A DNA stretch of 64,000 nt. Origin: Deltaproteobacteria bacterium (GTDB lineage Bacteria > Myxococcota_A > UBA9042). The position numbers were made by a program, and so were the translations under genes. The DNA lies in assembly GCA_020632665.1 (NCBI GenBank), contig JACKFC010000008.1, positions 71,557 to 135,556 of the forward strand. Direction: 5' to 3'. The stretch's first letter is position 1, and every line of letters starts with the position of its first letter. The notes beneath the pieces are model-generated. The model saw only the letters and a list, made by a program, of their open reading frames with translations, made no database searches and had not been told where the DNA came from. Positions 27,880 through 37,611 of the stretch are shown here, one piece after another.

Positions 27880-29072
27880 GCGTCCGGCTCCTCGGCAGCC
27901 TCGGCGCTGGCGCCGCGGGCGGGGAGGAAATCGTCGCGGTGGACCAGCTCGCGCGCCGGCAGCCAGCCGAGACGTTCGGCGATCGCGGCGCTGCGCAGGC
28001 CGGCGACGGCGGCGGCGTCTTCGCTGGCGTAGCGGCACAGCCCACGGCCGAGCAGGGTGCCGTCGGGTCCGACGATGCGGACCGCGTCGCCGACACCGAA
28101 GCGACCTTCGACCCGACGCACCCCGACCGGCAGCAGCGAGCGACCTTGCAGCAGCAGGGCCCGCGCCGCGCCGGCGTCGAGGTGCAGGGTGCCGCGGGTG
28201 CGAACCGAGGTGGCGAGCCATTTGCGGCGCGCGCTGAGCCGGCTGCGGCCGGGGAGGAAGAGGGTGCCTTCGGCCTCGCCGGCGAGCACCCGCGCCAGCA
28301 CGCCCGGCCGCGTGCCGTGGGCGACGACGGTGGGGATGCCGACCGCGGCGGCCTTGCCGGCGGCGAGGACCTTGCTGCGCATGCCGCCGGTGCCGAGGTC
28401 GGAGCGTCCGCCGCTGGCGGTGTAGGCGAGCGCGTCGGGATCGTCGGCTGTGAGGGCGGTGATCTGCCGGGCGGTGGGTTCGTGGCGCGGGTCGGCGTCG
28501 TAGAGGCCGTCGACCTCGGTCAGCAGCACCAACACATCGGCGCCGATCGCCGCCGCGACCTGTGCCGCGAGCGCGTCGTTGTCGCCGAAGCGCAGCTCCT
28601 CGATCGCGATGGTGTCGTTCTCGTTGACGATCGGCAGCGCCCCGGCGGCGAGGAGTTCGGCCGTGACCCGGCGCGCGTGCAGGAAGCGACCGCGATCGCC
28701 GAGATCACCGTGGGTCAGCAGCAGCTGGGCGACCTTCAGCCCGTGCGCCGAAAAGGCGGCCCGCCAGCGGTCCATCAGCAGGGGCTGGCCGATCGCGGCG
28801 AGCGCCTGCTTGCCGAAGCGCGGCGCGGGATCGTTGGGTGGCTGGCCGGCCTCACCGCGGCCGAGGCCGACCGCGCCCGACGAGACGAGGACCACCTCGC
28901 GGCCGTCGGCGATCGCTGCGGCGATCGCCGCGGCGTGCAGCGCGAACGCCTCTTCCCGCGGCGCGTAGCCGTCGCCGCAGAGCACGGCCGAGCCGAGCTT
29001 GACCACGACGCGACGGGCGCGACGCAGGCCGGCACGGGCGTCGGCGATGGCAGCGGTGGAGGGCGCGGCCAT
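27876..29072 (-). CDS. proB: Glutamate 5-kinase with PUA domain
   Basis: VVVKLGSA, VSSGAV, IVNENDT, FGDNDALA, GTGGMRSK, C-terminal PUA domain. Confidence 0.95.
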   Translation of the reverse strand: MAAPSTAAIADARAGLRRARRVVVKLGSAVLCGDGYAPREEAFALHAAAIAAAIADGREVVLVSSGAVGLGRGEAGQPPNDPAPRFGKQALAAIGQPLLMDRWRAAFSAHGLKVAQLLLTHGDLGDRGRFLHARRVTAELLAAGALPIVNENDTIAIEELRFGDNDALAAQVAAAIGADVLVLLTEVDGLYDADPRHEPTARQITALTADDPDALAYTASGGRSDLGTGGMRSKVLAAGKAAAVGIPTVVAHGTRPGVLARVLAGEAEGTLFLPGRSRLSARRKWLATSVRTRGTLHLDAGAARALLLQGRSLLPVGVRRVEGRFGVGDAVRIVGPDGTLLGRGLCRYASEDAAAVAGLRSAAIAERLGWLPARELVHRDDFLPARGASAEAAEEPDA

Positions 29073-29074
29073 CG

Positions 29075-30355
29075 CTAGCTCTGCACGCGCTCGATGCGGG
29101 CGCCGAGCGCCCGGAGCTTCTCTTCGATGCGCTCGTAGCCGCGGTCGATCTGCCGAATATTGTAGATCTTCGACTGGCCGCGGGCGCAGAGCGCAGCGAT
29201 CAGCAAGGCCATGCCGGCGCGCACGTCGGGGCTCTCGAGGCGGCTGCCGTAGAGCGTCGAGGGGCCGACGACGACGACGCGGTGCGGATCGCAGAGGATG
29301 ATCTGCGCGCCCATGCCGATCAGCGCATCGACGAAGAACATCCGACCCTCGAACATCTTCTCGAAGAAGAGCACGGTGCCGCGGCTCTGGGTGGCGACGG
29401 TGATGGCGATGGACATCAGGTCGGTCGGGAATTGCGGCCAGGGCGCGTCGTCGATCTTCGGCACGTGGCCCGAGAGGTCGGGGCGGATCTCCAGCTTCTG
29501 CCGGCCCGGGACGTGCAGCTCGTTGCCGCGCAGCTCGCTGCGGACGCCGAGCCGCTCGAAGACCATGCGGACCATGCGCAGATCGTCGGCGACCACGTCC
29601 TCGATCACCAGCTCGCCGCCAGTGACCGCGGCCAAGCCCATGAACGAACCGATCTCGAGGTAATCCGGGCCAATCCGATGCTGCACACCGCCGAGTTGGT
29701 CGACGCCGTCGATGGTCAGCTGGTTGGTGCCGATGCCGCTGATCTGCGCGCCCATGCCGACGAGCATCTTGGCGATGCCCTGCACGTGCGGCTCGCAGGC
29801 GGCGTTGCGCAGCACGGTGCGGCCCTTCGCCAGCGCAGCGGCCATCAGCAGGTTCTCGGTGCCGGTGACCGAGGCCTCGTCGAGGAAGAGATCGGTGCCG
29901 CGCAGCCCGCCGCTGCGCAGGCGGTAGACGTCGCCCGGCTGCAGGCCGGCGCCGAGGCGCTCGAGGCCGTCGAAGTGGGTGTCGAGGCGGCGTCGGCCGA
30001 TGACGTCACCGCCGGGCGGCGGCAGGTCGACCGAGCCGGCGCGGGCGACCAACGGGCCGGCGAAGAGGATGCTGGCGCGGACGCGGCGGGCCAGCTCGAC
30101 CGGGACCAGCGTCGTCTTCAACTCCGGAGTGTGGATGCGGACGTGGTTCGGCCCGATCCAGGTCACTTCGCTGCCGAGCGCAGAACAGATCTCGAGCATC
30201 ACGCGGACGTCGACGATATCCGGGATATTGGCGAGCTCGACCGGCTCGGCCGAGAGCATCGCGGCGGCGATCGCCGGCAGCGCCTCGTTCTTGTTGCCAC
30301 TCGGCCGAATCCGGCCGGAAAGCGGTACGCCACCCTCGATCACGAACGCGTCCAC
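29075..30355 (-). CDS. murA: UDP-N-acetylglucosamine 1-carboxyvinyltransferase (Asp at the Cys115-equivalent site)
   Basis: [42 protein letters not shown]. Confidence 0.95.
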   Translation of the reverse strand: MDAFVIEGGVPLSGRIRPSGNKNEALPAIAAAMLSAEPVELANIPDIVDVRVMLEICSALGSEVTWIGPNHVRIHTPELKTTLVPVELARRVRASILFAGPLVARAGSVDLPPPGGDVIGRRRLDTHFDGLERLGAGLQPGDVYRLRSGGLRGTDLFLDEASVTGTENLLMAAALAKGRTVLRNAACEPHVQGIAKMLVGMGAQISGIGTNQLTIDGVDQLGGVQHRIGPDYLEIGSFMGLAAVTGGELVIEDVVADDLRMVRMVFERLGVRSELRGNELHVPGRQKLEIRPDLSGHVPKIDDAPWPQFPTDLMSIAITVATQSRGTVLFFEKMFEGRMFFVDALIGMGAQIILCDPHRVVVVGPSTLYGSRLESPDVRAGMALLIAALCARGQSKIYNIRQIDRGYERIEEKLRALGARIERVQS

Positions 30356-30373
30356 GCTGCCTCCTGTCCGGTC

Positions 30374-31507
30374 CTAGCCGGCGCGGGTCAGGTCCAGCGA
30401 CGGCGCGAGCCGCCCGGCGCTGACCCGCCACACCCCTCGGGGCGCGGTGAGTTGGATGTACGACGCATCGGTGGTGGTCAGGAAGACCTGGCCGCCGAAG
30501 GCGTCGAGGTGATGCATGAGCGCCGCGTTGCGGGCCCGGTCGAGCTCGCTGCTGACGTCGTCCATCAACAAGAGCGGTGGCTCACCCAGGGCGGCCTCCA
30601 GGCTGCGAATCTCGGCGATCTTGGCGGCGAGCACCAGGGCGCGGCTCTGCCCCTGGCTGGCGTGATCGCGGGCCAGCCGACCGTCCAGCAGCATCGCGAC
30701 GTCATCGCGGTGCGGCCCGACGCTGGTGGTCCCACGGCGCAGATCGAGCCGGCGCCGCTCGCCGAGCCGACGCAGCAGCGCCTGCTGTCGTTCAGCGGCA
30801 GGGCTACCGGTGGTGATGCCGGGATCGTGGGCTTCGTAGCGGAGCTCGGCCGCCAGCCCCGGCGCGGCGAAGGCGGCGAATTCCTCGGCGACGCGGCGCG
30901 AGAGTTGGGCGCAGAAGTCATCGCGGGTCGCCGAGACGCGGGCGCCGGCCTCGGCGAGCAGGGCGTCGTAAGCGTCGAGGGCACGCAGGTCGAAGCCGGG
31001 CTGATCGCTGTCGCGGAGCAAGGCGTTGCGGCTGGCCACGGCCTTGTCGTAGCGGCGCAGCTCGCCGAGGTAGCCGGCGTTGTGCTGGAAGATGGCGCGA
31101 TCGAGCCACCGCCGCCGCGCCGCCGGCTCGCCGTGCGGCAGCAGCAGGTCGGCCGAGGTGAAGATCACCGCCGCCAATGCCCCGAGCGCCTCGGAGCTGC
31201 GCCGCACCGCCTTGCCGTCGACGAAGACGCGGCTGCGGTTGCCGGCGATCTCGACGCCGAGATCGAGGTGCGCGCCGCGGCCGTAGACCCGGCAGCCGAT
31301 CTGCGCCTTCTCCTCGGCGAAGGCGACGCAATCACCGAGCTTGGCGGTGCGGAAGCTGCGCAGCGTGGCGAGCACGGCGATCGCCTCGAGGAGGTTGGTC
31401 TTGCCCTGGCCGTTGTCGCCTTCGAGGATCGTGAAACGCGGATGCGGCTCGATGCGCAGCTCCGCGAGGTTGCGGAAGCACAGAGCCGAGAGCCGCTCGA
31501 TGCGCAC
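30374..31507 (-). CDS. recF: DNA replication and repair protein RecF
   Basis: FRNL, GDNGQGKTNLLEA, GPHRDD, SQGQ, LLMDDVSSELD; follows dnaN. Confidence 0.95.
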   Translation of the reverse strand: MRIERLSALCFRNLAELRIEPHPRFTILEGDNGQGKTNLLEAIAVLATLRSFRTAKLGDCVAFAEEKAQIGCRVYGRGAHLDLGVEIAGNRSRVFVDGKAVRRSSEALGALAAVIFTSADLLLPHGEPAARRRWLDRAIFQHNAGYLGELRRYDKAVASRNALLRDSDQPGFDLRALDAYDALLAEAGARVSATRDDFCAQLSRRVAEEFAAFAAPGLAAELRYEAHDPGITTGSPAAERQQALLRRLGERRRLDLRRGTTSVGPHRDDVAMLLDGRLARDHASQGQSRALVLAAKIAEIRSLEAALGEPPLLLMDDVSSELDRARNAALMHHLDAFGGQVFLTTTDASYIQLTAPRGVWRVSAGRLAPSLDLTRAG

Positions 31508-31522
31508 GGGAGGGAGCCGGCG

Positions 31523-32650
31523 CTACAGGCGCATCGGCATGACGACGAAGACCGAACCGGGCTCCTCGTCGCTCTGCACCAGGCAGGGCGAGAACTGGTC
31601 GGAGAGCTCGAGCGTCACCGCTTCGGTGTCGAGCACGCCGAGCACGTCGAGCAGGTAGCGCGGGTTGAAGCCCACCGCGACCTTCGGCCCGTCGTAGTCG
31701 GGGACGGGCAGCTCTTCGTGCGCGTCGCCGAAGTCGGCGTGGGTCATCTCGAGCGCGAGCCGGCCCGGCTCCAGGTCGACGCGCAGCAGGGCGTGCTTGC
31801 CGCTGCCGAGGGTCGAGACGCGGCGAATCGCGCCGGTCAACGCCGTCCGCGAGAGCGTCACGTGCACGTCGCCCTTGTTCGGGATGACGCGCTGGTACTC
31901 GGGGAAGCTCTCCTCGATCTGGCGCACCTGCAGCCGCGTATTGTCGCTCTCGAAGACGATGGTGCGGCCGAGCAGCTCGATCCGAACGCCGGGATCGTCG
32001 GACTCGAAGATGCGCGAGAGCTCGCTGGCGCCGCGACGATGGACGATCGTGCGGTGCGTGCTGCCGTCGTAATCGCCGGCCTCGACGGTCCGCTCGACCC
32101 GACTCAGACGGTGACCGTCGGTCGAGACCATGCGCAGCCGCGCGCCGCTGCCGTCGGCGGGCTCGATCTCGAGCAGCACGCCGTTGAGCGCCGGCCGGCT
32201 CTCGTCGGTGGAGACCGAGAACAGGGTCCGGCGCAGCATCCCGTCGAGCTGCGATTTGTCGAGCATCAGGCTGCGACCGCCGTCCTCCTCGACCACGTCG
32301 GGGAATTCCTCCGGACCCAGGCCGTTGAGGTGGTAGTAGGCACGACCGGCCTCGACCCGCACCCGGTGGCTACCGTCGGAGGTCAGCGTCACCTCGGTGC
32401 CGTCGGGCAGCGCGCGCACCACGTCGAAGAAGGCGCGACCGTTGACCAGCACCGCGCCCGGCTCGTCGATCTCGGCCGGGACCTCGGCGGACAAGGTCAC
32501 GTCGTAGTCGGTCGCGGTGAAGACGAGCATCCCCTCGCTGGCCACCACGTGGACACAAGCGAGGACATTGGTCGCAGTCTTCCGGTCGACCACGCCCTGG
32601 GCACGGTAGAGCGGCCTGACGAGAGCGGCCTTGTCGATGCGGACGCGCAT
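31523..32650 (-). CDS. dnaN: DNA polymerase III beta sliding clamp
   Basis: ATDYDV, LNGVLLE, VSTDGHRL, FPEYQRVIP, FNPRYLLD, VVMPMRL; probable ATG at 32650. Confidence 0.96.
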   Translation of the reverse strand: MRVRIDKAALVRPLYRAQGVVDRKTATNVLACVHVVASEGMLVFTATDYDVTLSAEVPAEIDEPGAVLVNGRAFFDVVRALPDGTEVTLTSDGSHRVRVEAGRAYYHLNGLGPEEFPDVVEEDGGRSLMLDKSQLDGMLRRTLFSVSTDESRPALNGVLLEIEPADGSGARLRMVSTDGHRLSRVERTVEAGDYDGSTHRTIVHRRGASELSRIFESDDPGVRIELLGRTIVFESDNTRLQVRQIEESFPEYQRVIPNKGDVHVTLSRTALTGAIRRVSTLGSGKHALLRVDLEPGRLALEMTHADFGDAHEELPVPDYDGPKVAVGFNPRYLLDVLGVLDTEAVTLELSDQFSPCLVQSDEEPGSVFVVMPMRL

Positions 32651-32789
32651 GACTCCTCCCAACTCGCATTCGGGCGAGGCGCCCGGGTTCTACCGCCCTT
32701 CGGCCGCGATGAGAAGCCCCCGAGCCATGGCCGGGCCTCCGTCGTCGACCGCGCTTCGGTAGGCGCGTCGAAGCCTTGTCTTCTCATGG

Positions 32790-33050
32790 AGTGAAGATCG
32801 AAGCATGCAACAACAAGAGCCTGGGGACGACTGTGGACCGCTCGCTTTCGAAAGCAAGGTCCAGGTGTTGGACGAGGCTCCGCTGTGCACGGCGGTGGGC
32901 ACCGGGCGTGGACCGCTGCCGGTCCATCCCCAATCACCCGTCTCGACGCCTCTGCTCCCCACCGCCATCCGCGAATTGCTCCACAGCGGCGATCGTGACA
33001 CTGAACAGTCACGTCCACAGGGGTGTGGATGGCGCGAATTGCCCCCACGC
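32790..33050. other. Candidate oriC in the dnaA-dnaN intergenic region
   Basis: Cluster of TCCACA/TGTGGA-core motifs (32832-32840, 32977-32985, 33011-33019, 33024-33032, plus weaker ones) and CAA-CAA-CAA-GAG triplets at 32808-32819; no perfect TTATCCACA. Confidence 0.55.
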
Positions 33051-33203
33051 TGGTGAGCATGGGGCCACTCGGCGGGCGGTCAAGAAAATCGCGCGATCGC
33101 CGCGCGGCCGCTGCGGGACGAGCGTGCAACGGTCGATTGCAGGCAGATGGAGGTGGTGTGCGAGGAGCGAGGCAGGCGCCTCGCCGGCCGTGTTCCGGGG
33201 CGA

Positions 33204-34574
33204 TCAGCGCTGCAGCGCGCCCTCGATCTCGGCGACGGCCTGGGCCACGGTCGCGTCGCTGGCGATCCACTCGGCGACCCGACGGCAGGCGTTGATGGCC
33301 GTGGTGTGGTCGCGTCCGCCGAAGAGGCGGCCCAGCTCGGGATAGGACGTCTCGTTGTGCTTGCGCACCAGGTACATCGCGACCATCCGCGCTGTCGTGA
33401 CGATGCGCTGGCGGCGGTTGCCTTTGAGGTCCTGGATCTTGACGCCGTAGTGGCGTGCCGTGGCGCGCTGCACGGCTTCGGCGTCGAAGCGGTACGAGGG
33501 CGCGTCGGCCAATGGGCCGAGGATGGAGCGGGCCATCTCGAGGTCGATCTCGCCGCCGATGAAGCGCTGGTGCGCCTCGAGCTTGATGACCGCGCCTTCG
33601 AGCTCGCGCGCCGAGCTGCGCAGCCGTTGGCAGAGGTAATCGGCGACCTCGTGCGGCAGCCGCAGGCCGCGCTCTTGCGCCTTGCGGTGCAGCAGCGCGA
33701 GGCGCAGCGACTCGTCGGGCGGGGTGATCTCGGCGATGACGCCCCAATCGAAGCGGCTGCGCAGGCGATCGTCGAACGACTCGAGCAGGCTCGGGGCGCG
33801 ATCGCTGGTCAGCACGATATGCTTACCAGCCTGCTGCAGCGCGTTGAAGGTATGGAAGAATTCGACCTGCGTCTGGGTCTTGTTCTGCAGGAACTGGACG
33901 TCGTCGACCAGCAGCACGTCGACCGCACGGTAGCGATCGCGGATCGCGGCCATCCGCGTCGTGCTGCGCTGACTACGCAACGCGGCGACGACGTCGTCGA
34001 TGAAGACCGCCGCCGGGACGTAGCGCACCCGGGCGCCCGGGCGCAGCCGCGTCATCTCCAGGCCGATCGCGTGCAGCAGGTGGGTCTTGCCGTTGCCGAC
34101 GCCGCCGTGGATGAAGAGCGGGTTGAAGGTGGCGCGGTCGGCGTGGGCGACCGCCTGCGCAGTGCCGTGGGCGAGCCGGTTGGCGTCGCCGACGACGAAA
34201 CGATCGAAGGTCAGCGAGGGCAGCAGAGACGGTCCGATCGCGGCACGATCAGCGGCGATCGCCGGAGTCTCCGGTGCGCTCGCGCCGAAGAGCTCGAATT
34301 GGTCGCGCGGGCCATCGGCGGGGCGCTCGACCACGAATTCGATCGCGGCACCGACGGCGCCGACGCGATCGATCGCGGCCAAGATCTGCTCGCCGTGGTG
34401 GGAGACGACGTGGTCCTTGAAGCGCTGGTCGGGAACGGCGAGCCGGAGGCTCTCGCGGGTACCCTCGAGGAAGCGGATCGGCGCGATCCACGCATCGAAG
34501 GCGGCGCGCTCGGTGGTCGAGCGCAGCGCGTCGGTCGCCTTGGTCCAGATCTCCAACATCAGCGCGACAACCAT
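33204..34574 (-). CDS. dnaA: Chromosomal replication initiator DnaA
   Basis: TFDRFVVG, NPLFIHGGVGNGKTHLL, LLVDDVQF, RSRFDWG, GGRDHTT; start at 34574 or 34559. Confidence 0.96.
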   Translation of the reverse strand: MVVALMLEIWTKATDALRSTTERAAFDAWIAPIRFLEGTRESLRLAVPDQRFKDHVVSHHGEQILAAIDRVGAVGAAIEFVVERPADGPRDQFELFGASAPETPAIAADRAAIGPSLLPSLTFDRFVVGDANRLAHGTAQAVAHADRATFNPLFIHGGVGNGKTHLLHAIGLEMTRLRPGARVRYVPAAVFIDDVVAALRSQRSTTRMAAIRDRYRAVDVLLVDDVQFLQNKTQTQVEFFHTFNALQQAGKHIVLTSDRAPSLLESFDDRLRSRFDWGVIAEITPPDESLRLALLHRKAQERGLRLPHEVADYLCQRLRSSARELEGAVIKLEAHQRFIGGEIDLEMARSILGPLADAPSYRFDAEAVQRATARHYGVKIQDLKGNRRQRIVTTARMVAMYLVRKHNETSYPELGRLFGGRDHTTAINACRRVAEWIASDATVAQAVAEIEGALQR

Positions 34575-34788
34575 CCTCTGCAGGCCTGCTCCGAAGCCCG
34601 CTCCGCAACCCTGCGAAATCACCATAAACGCAAGACTGAGCCACTGCGCCTGCGCCGACTCGCGTCCTACTCCCCCGGTCCTAGCGGAGCGCTCGGCGGT
34701 GCGCAAGCACCCTCGGACCAACTTGTGCGTAACCCCCCGACCCTTGGTCGACGAAAGTTCGGATCGGGCCTCGATCCCGCGATCCCGG

Positions 34789-34820
34789 TTGACAGTCCTA
34801 GGGGGGTATGGCTAGCTAAC
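34789..34820 (+). promoter_or_regulatory. Possible sigma70-type promoter for the rpmH operon
   Basis: Perfect TTGACA at 34789-34794; no convincing -10 at 17-bp spacing. Confidence 0.3.
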
Positions 34821-34958
34821 TGCGCTTTTCCCGGGGGGAAAAGCCGGATCAGGCCAGTCAACTAGCCAAGATCACGATAGGTTCAGGATCGACCAGCGGG
34901 TCCTCCCGCTGGCGTGTGCCGTTCACCCTCTCGCGGTGGGCGGCGGCAGGGTCGAGCA

Positions 34959-35111
34959 GTGAAGAAGGGTCTTTCTACGCCGAGTCGCACGTCGCGTCGT
35001 CGCACCCATGGTTTCCGCAAGCGCATGGCCACCGCCAACGGCCGCAAGGTCATCTCGGCGCGCCGCGCTCGCGGCCGCAAGCGCCTCGCCGCGGTCACCC
35101 CGAGCAAGTAG
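34959..35111 (+). CDS. rpmH: 50S ribosomal protein L34
   Basis: [29 protein letters not shown]; divergent from dnaA; GTG start; N-terminus somewhat atypical. Confidence 0.95.
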   Translation: MKKGLSTPSRTSRRRTHGFRKRMATANGRKVISARRARGRKRLAAVTPSK

Positions 35112-35113
35112 CG

Positions 35114-35479
35114 ATGACACCGCGCGGTCGGCTGCATCGCAGCGATCGCGTGCTGTTGCGCCGCGACTTCGAGCAGATCCTCCGTCGCGGCCGTCGCCGC
35201 CGCGGAGATCACCTCGGCATCGCGGTGTTGCGTCGTGAAGACGACACGCGGCGCATCGGGCTCGCGGTGAGCCGGGGCTGTGGTCATTCACCCGCCCGGG
35301 CTCGGATGCGGCGCTTGTTGCGTGAGGCGTTCCGGGCGCTGCGAGCCGACTGGCCGGGGATCGATCTGGTGGTGACGTGTGGACGGCCTTGGCCGGATGC
35401 CCACCTGCCGGAGGTCGCCGCCGAGCTCGAGCGGTTGGTCGCGGGATCGCTGGCCCGACGTGGTCGGCGGGATGGCTGA
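35114..35479 (+). CDS. rnpA: Ribonuclease P protein component (diverged)
   Basis: Position between rpmH and yidD; RRIGLAVSR...RRLLREAFR and DLVV motifs. Confidence 0.85.
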   Translation: MTPRGRLHRSDRVLLRRDFEQILRRGRRRRGDHLGIAVLRREDDTRRIGLAVSRGCGHSPARARMRRLLREAFRALRADWPGIDLVVTCGRPWPDAHLPEVAAELERLVAGSLARRGRRDG

Positions 35480-35789
35480 ACAGCCGCTGGCGCTCGCGCC
35501 GGGCCGTCGACCGATCGCGTGGCTGCTCGACCGTCTGGTCGCGGGCTACCAGCGCGCGATCTCACCGTTGCTCCCGCCGAGTTGTCGCTTCGAGCCGAGC
35601 TGCTCGCGGTACGCGCGGCAGGCGCTGGCACGGCACCGGCTGCCGCGCGCGTTGTGGCTGATCGGACATCGGTTGGCGCGTTGCCAGCCGCTCTGCCCCG
35701 GTGGTCACGACCCCGTCCCTCCCGGCCCGTGGGATCCCCCCGCTGCCCTGCACCCGGAGCCCGGAAAGCATGCTCAGAACGCCTCCTAA
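35472..35789 (+). CDS. yidD: Membrane protein insertion efficiency factor YidD
   Basis: YQRAISP...CRFEPSCSRY...RCQPLCPGGHDPVP. Confidence 0.93.
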   Translation: MAEQPLALAPGRRPIAWLLDRLVAGYQRAISPLLPPSCRFEPSCSRYARQALARHRLPRALWLIGHRLARCQPLCPGGHDPVPPGPWDPPAALHPEPGKHAQNAS

Positions 35790-37557
35790 GAGCCTCCTCG
35801 CGCTCGCCCTGCTGACCCTGACGGTCGGTGCGTCGTCGATCGCGCTCGCCAACCCGGGCTGTCGTCCGGGCACGACTGCTGCGGTGGTCGAGACGGCCGT
35901 GGCGCGCTGGGGGATCTCCCCCTGCGGCGGCGGCGCGGAGTCGATCCGCCTGCTCGGCGCGCAATTCGACATGCCGGAGGCCCGCCCGCCGTCCGGGGCC
36001 CTGCCTGGTTGGGCCAGCGAGAAGTGGTCGATCGGCGCGCTGCAGCTGGTCGGCACCTGGGACGCGAAATGGGATCCCTTCCGCGATCGCCTGCTTGCGG
36101 ACGCCGTCGGCCCGCTCGAGGTCTCGGTCGGTCTGCCGGGCGAGGCGAGCCGCACCCGGCGCAGCTTCGCCGATCTCGACGCGATGATGGAGGCCTTGCC
36201 GCGCTGGGGCACGATCGCCGGCGGCGACGGCATCACGCTGGTGTGGCCGGATCCGGAGCGCGTGAGCAGCCCGATTTACGTGCAGAAGCGGATTCGTCAC
36301 GACGCCGAGCGCCCATCGCTGCTGGCCGTCGACCTCACCGTCTTCTGGCGCGGCGAGAAGCCCCTGACGATCGCGCTCGAGACGGTCGTCTCGACCTACC
36401 GCGACCCCAGCACCGGCGACGGCGGCCTGCTCTCTTCGCTCTCGGGACCGCCCGATATCCCCGGCGCCGGGCTCTACGCCGGTGGCGAGTGGATCCACCA
36501 CGACGCCAACGCACTCGACGAATTCCTCGGTGACGCCGAGGCCGATCCCGCCGAGACCAGCGTGCAGGGCGTGCCGAGCTGGATCGAGACCGACTCGCGC
36601 TACTTCCTGCTGGCGCTGCTGCCGGGCGAGGGCTGGGGCGAGAAGGCGTCGGCCCGCGTCTACGCCGTCGGCAACGGCGTGCTCGAAGCCGCGATGCGCA
36701 GCGCTCCGCTGAGCCTCGCCGGTGGTGCGGCCGCTTGCCTGCCTGCGAGCTTCGCCGCCAAGGTGCAGGCCAAGGCATGCCCCGAGGGCGACGCAGCGCC
36801 GGCTGGATCTGCCCGGGTCGCGATGCACTACTTCGCCGGGCCGAAGGAGATCGACCTGCTGCGCAGCGTCGGCAGCGACCTCGACCAGAGCATCGATTTC
36901 GGCTGGTTCGGCGCGATCGCGCGGCCGCTGCTCTTCGTGCTCAAGGTGGCGCACGGCTTCACCGGCAGCTGGCCGATCGCGATCCTGATCTTGACGATCT
37001 TGGTCAAGGCGCTGCTCTGGCCGATCATGGGCAAGAGCATGAAGAGCATGCGGAAGATGTCCGCGCTCAAGCCCGAGCTCGACAAGATCAAGGAAGAGCT
37101 GACCGCCGAGGCGAAGAAGCGCGGCGAGACCACGCCCGACCCGGCGGAGTTGAACCGCCGCACCTTCGCGCTCTACCAACAGCACGGCGTCAACCCGCTC
37201 GGTGGCTGCTTGCCGATGTTCCTGCAGATGCCGGTCTACATCGCGCTCTACCGGACGATCTACTCTTCGGTCGAGCTCTTCAACCAGCCGCTCTTCGGCT
37301 GGATCGGCGACCTGACCCGGCACGATCCCTTCTACGTCTTGCCGATCGTGCTCGCCGTGCTGATGTTCGCGCAGCAGCGCTTCGCCCCGATGACCACGAC
37401 GACCGACGACGCCCAGCGCAAGATGATGATGTACTTCATGCCGGCGATCTTCGGCCTGATGATGATGAGCCTGCCCTCGGGCCTGACGCTCTACATCTTG
37501 ACCAATACGGTGCTCTCGATGATTCAGACCTTCTGGTTGCAGCGCAAAGAGGCGTAG
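35770..37557 (+). CDS. yidC: Membrane protein insertase YidC
   Basis: IDFGWFG, LTILVKALLWP, VNPLGGCLPMFLQMP, WIGDL, LPSGLTLY. Confidence 0.95.
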   Translation: MLRTPPKSLLALALLTLTVGASSIALANPGCRPGTTAAVVETAVARWGISPCGGGAESIRLLGAQFDMPEARPPSGALPGWASEKWSIGALQLVGTWDAKWDPFRDRLLADAVGPLEVSVGLPGEASRTRRSFADLDAMMEALPRWGTIAGGDGITLVWPDPERVSSPIYVQKRIRHDAERPSLLAVDLTVFWRGEKPLTIALETVVSTYRDPSTGDGGLLSSLSGPPDIPGAGLYAGGEWIHHDANALDEFLGDAEADPAETSVQGVPSWIETDSRYFLLALLPGEGWGEKASARVYAVGNGVLEAAMRSAPLSLAGGAAACLPASFAAKVQAKACPEGDAAPAGSARVAMHYFAGPKEIDLLRSVGSDLDQSIDFGWFGAIARPLLFVLKVAHGFTGSWPIAILILTILVKALLWPIMGKSMKSMRKMSALKPELDKIKEELTAEAKKRGETTPDPAELNRRTFALYQQHGVNPLGGCLPMFLQMPVYIALYRTIYSSVELFNQPLFGWIGDLTRHDPFYVLPIVLAVLMFAQQRFAPMTTTTDDAQRKMMMYFMPAIFGLMMMSLPSGLTLYILTNTVLSMIQTFWLQRKEA

Positions 37558-37611
37558 CCCACAGCCGCACCAGCCCGGATGCAAGCGGGCTCGGACCCGC
37601 AGAGGACCTCC

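Noticed and set aside
34789-34818. Resemblance to synthetic Anderson promoters (TTGACA, TCCTAGG, GCTAGC)
   Set aside because: Spacing and order differ, no vector context, and it sits at a natural dnaA/rpmH divergent promoter position; treated as coincidence
29282-34865. Plus-strand ORFs of 1170 and 572 aa
   Set aside because: Antisense to murA, recF, dnaN and dnaA; no independent motifs
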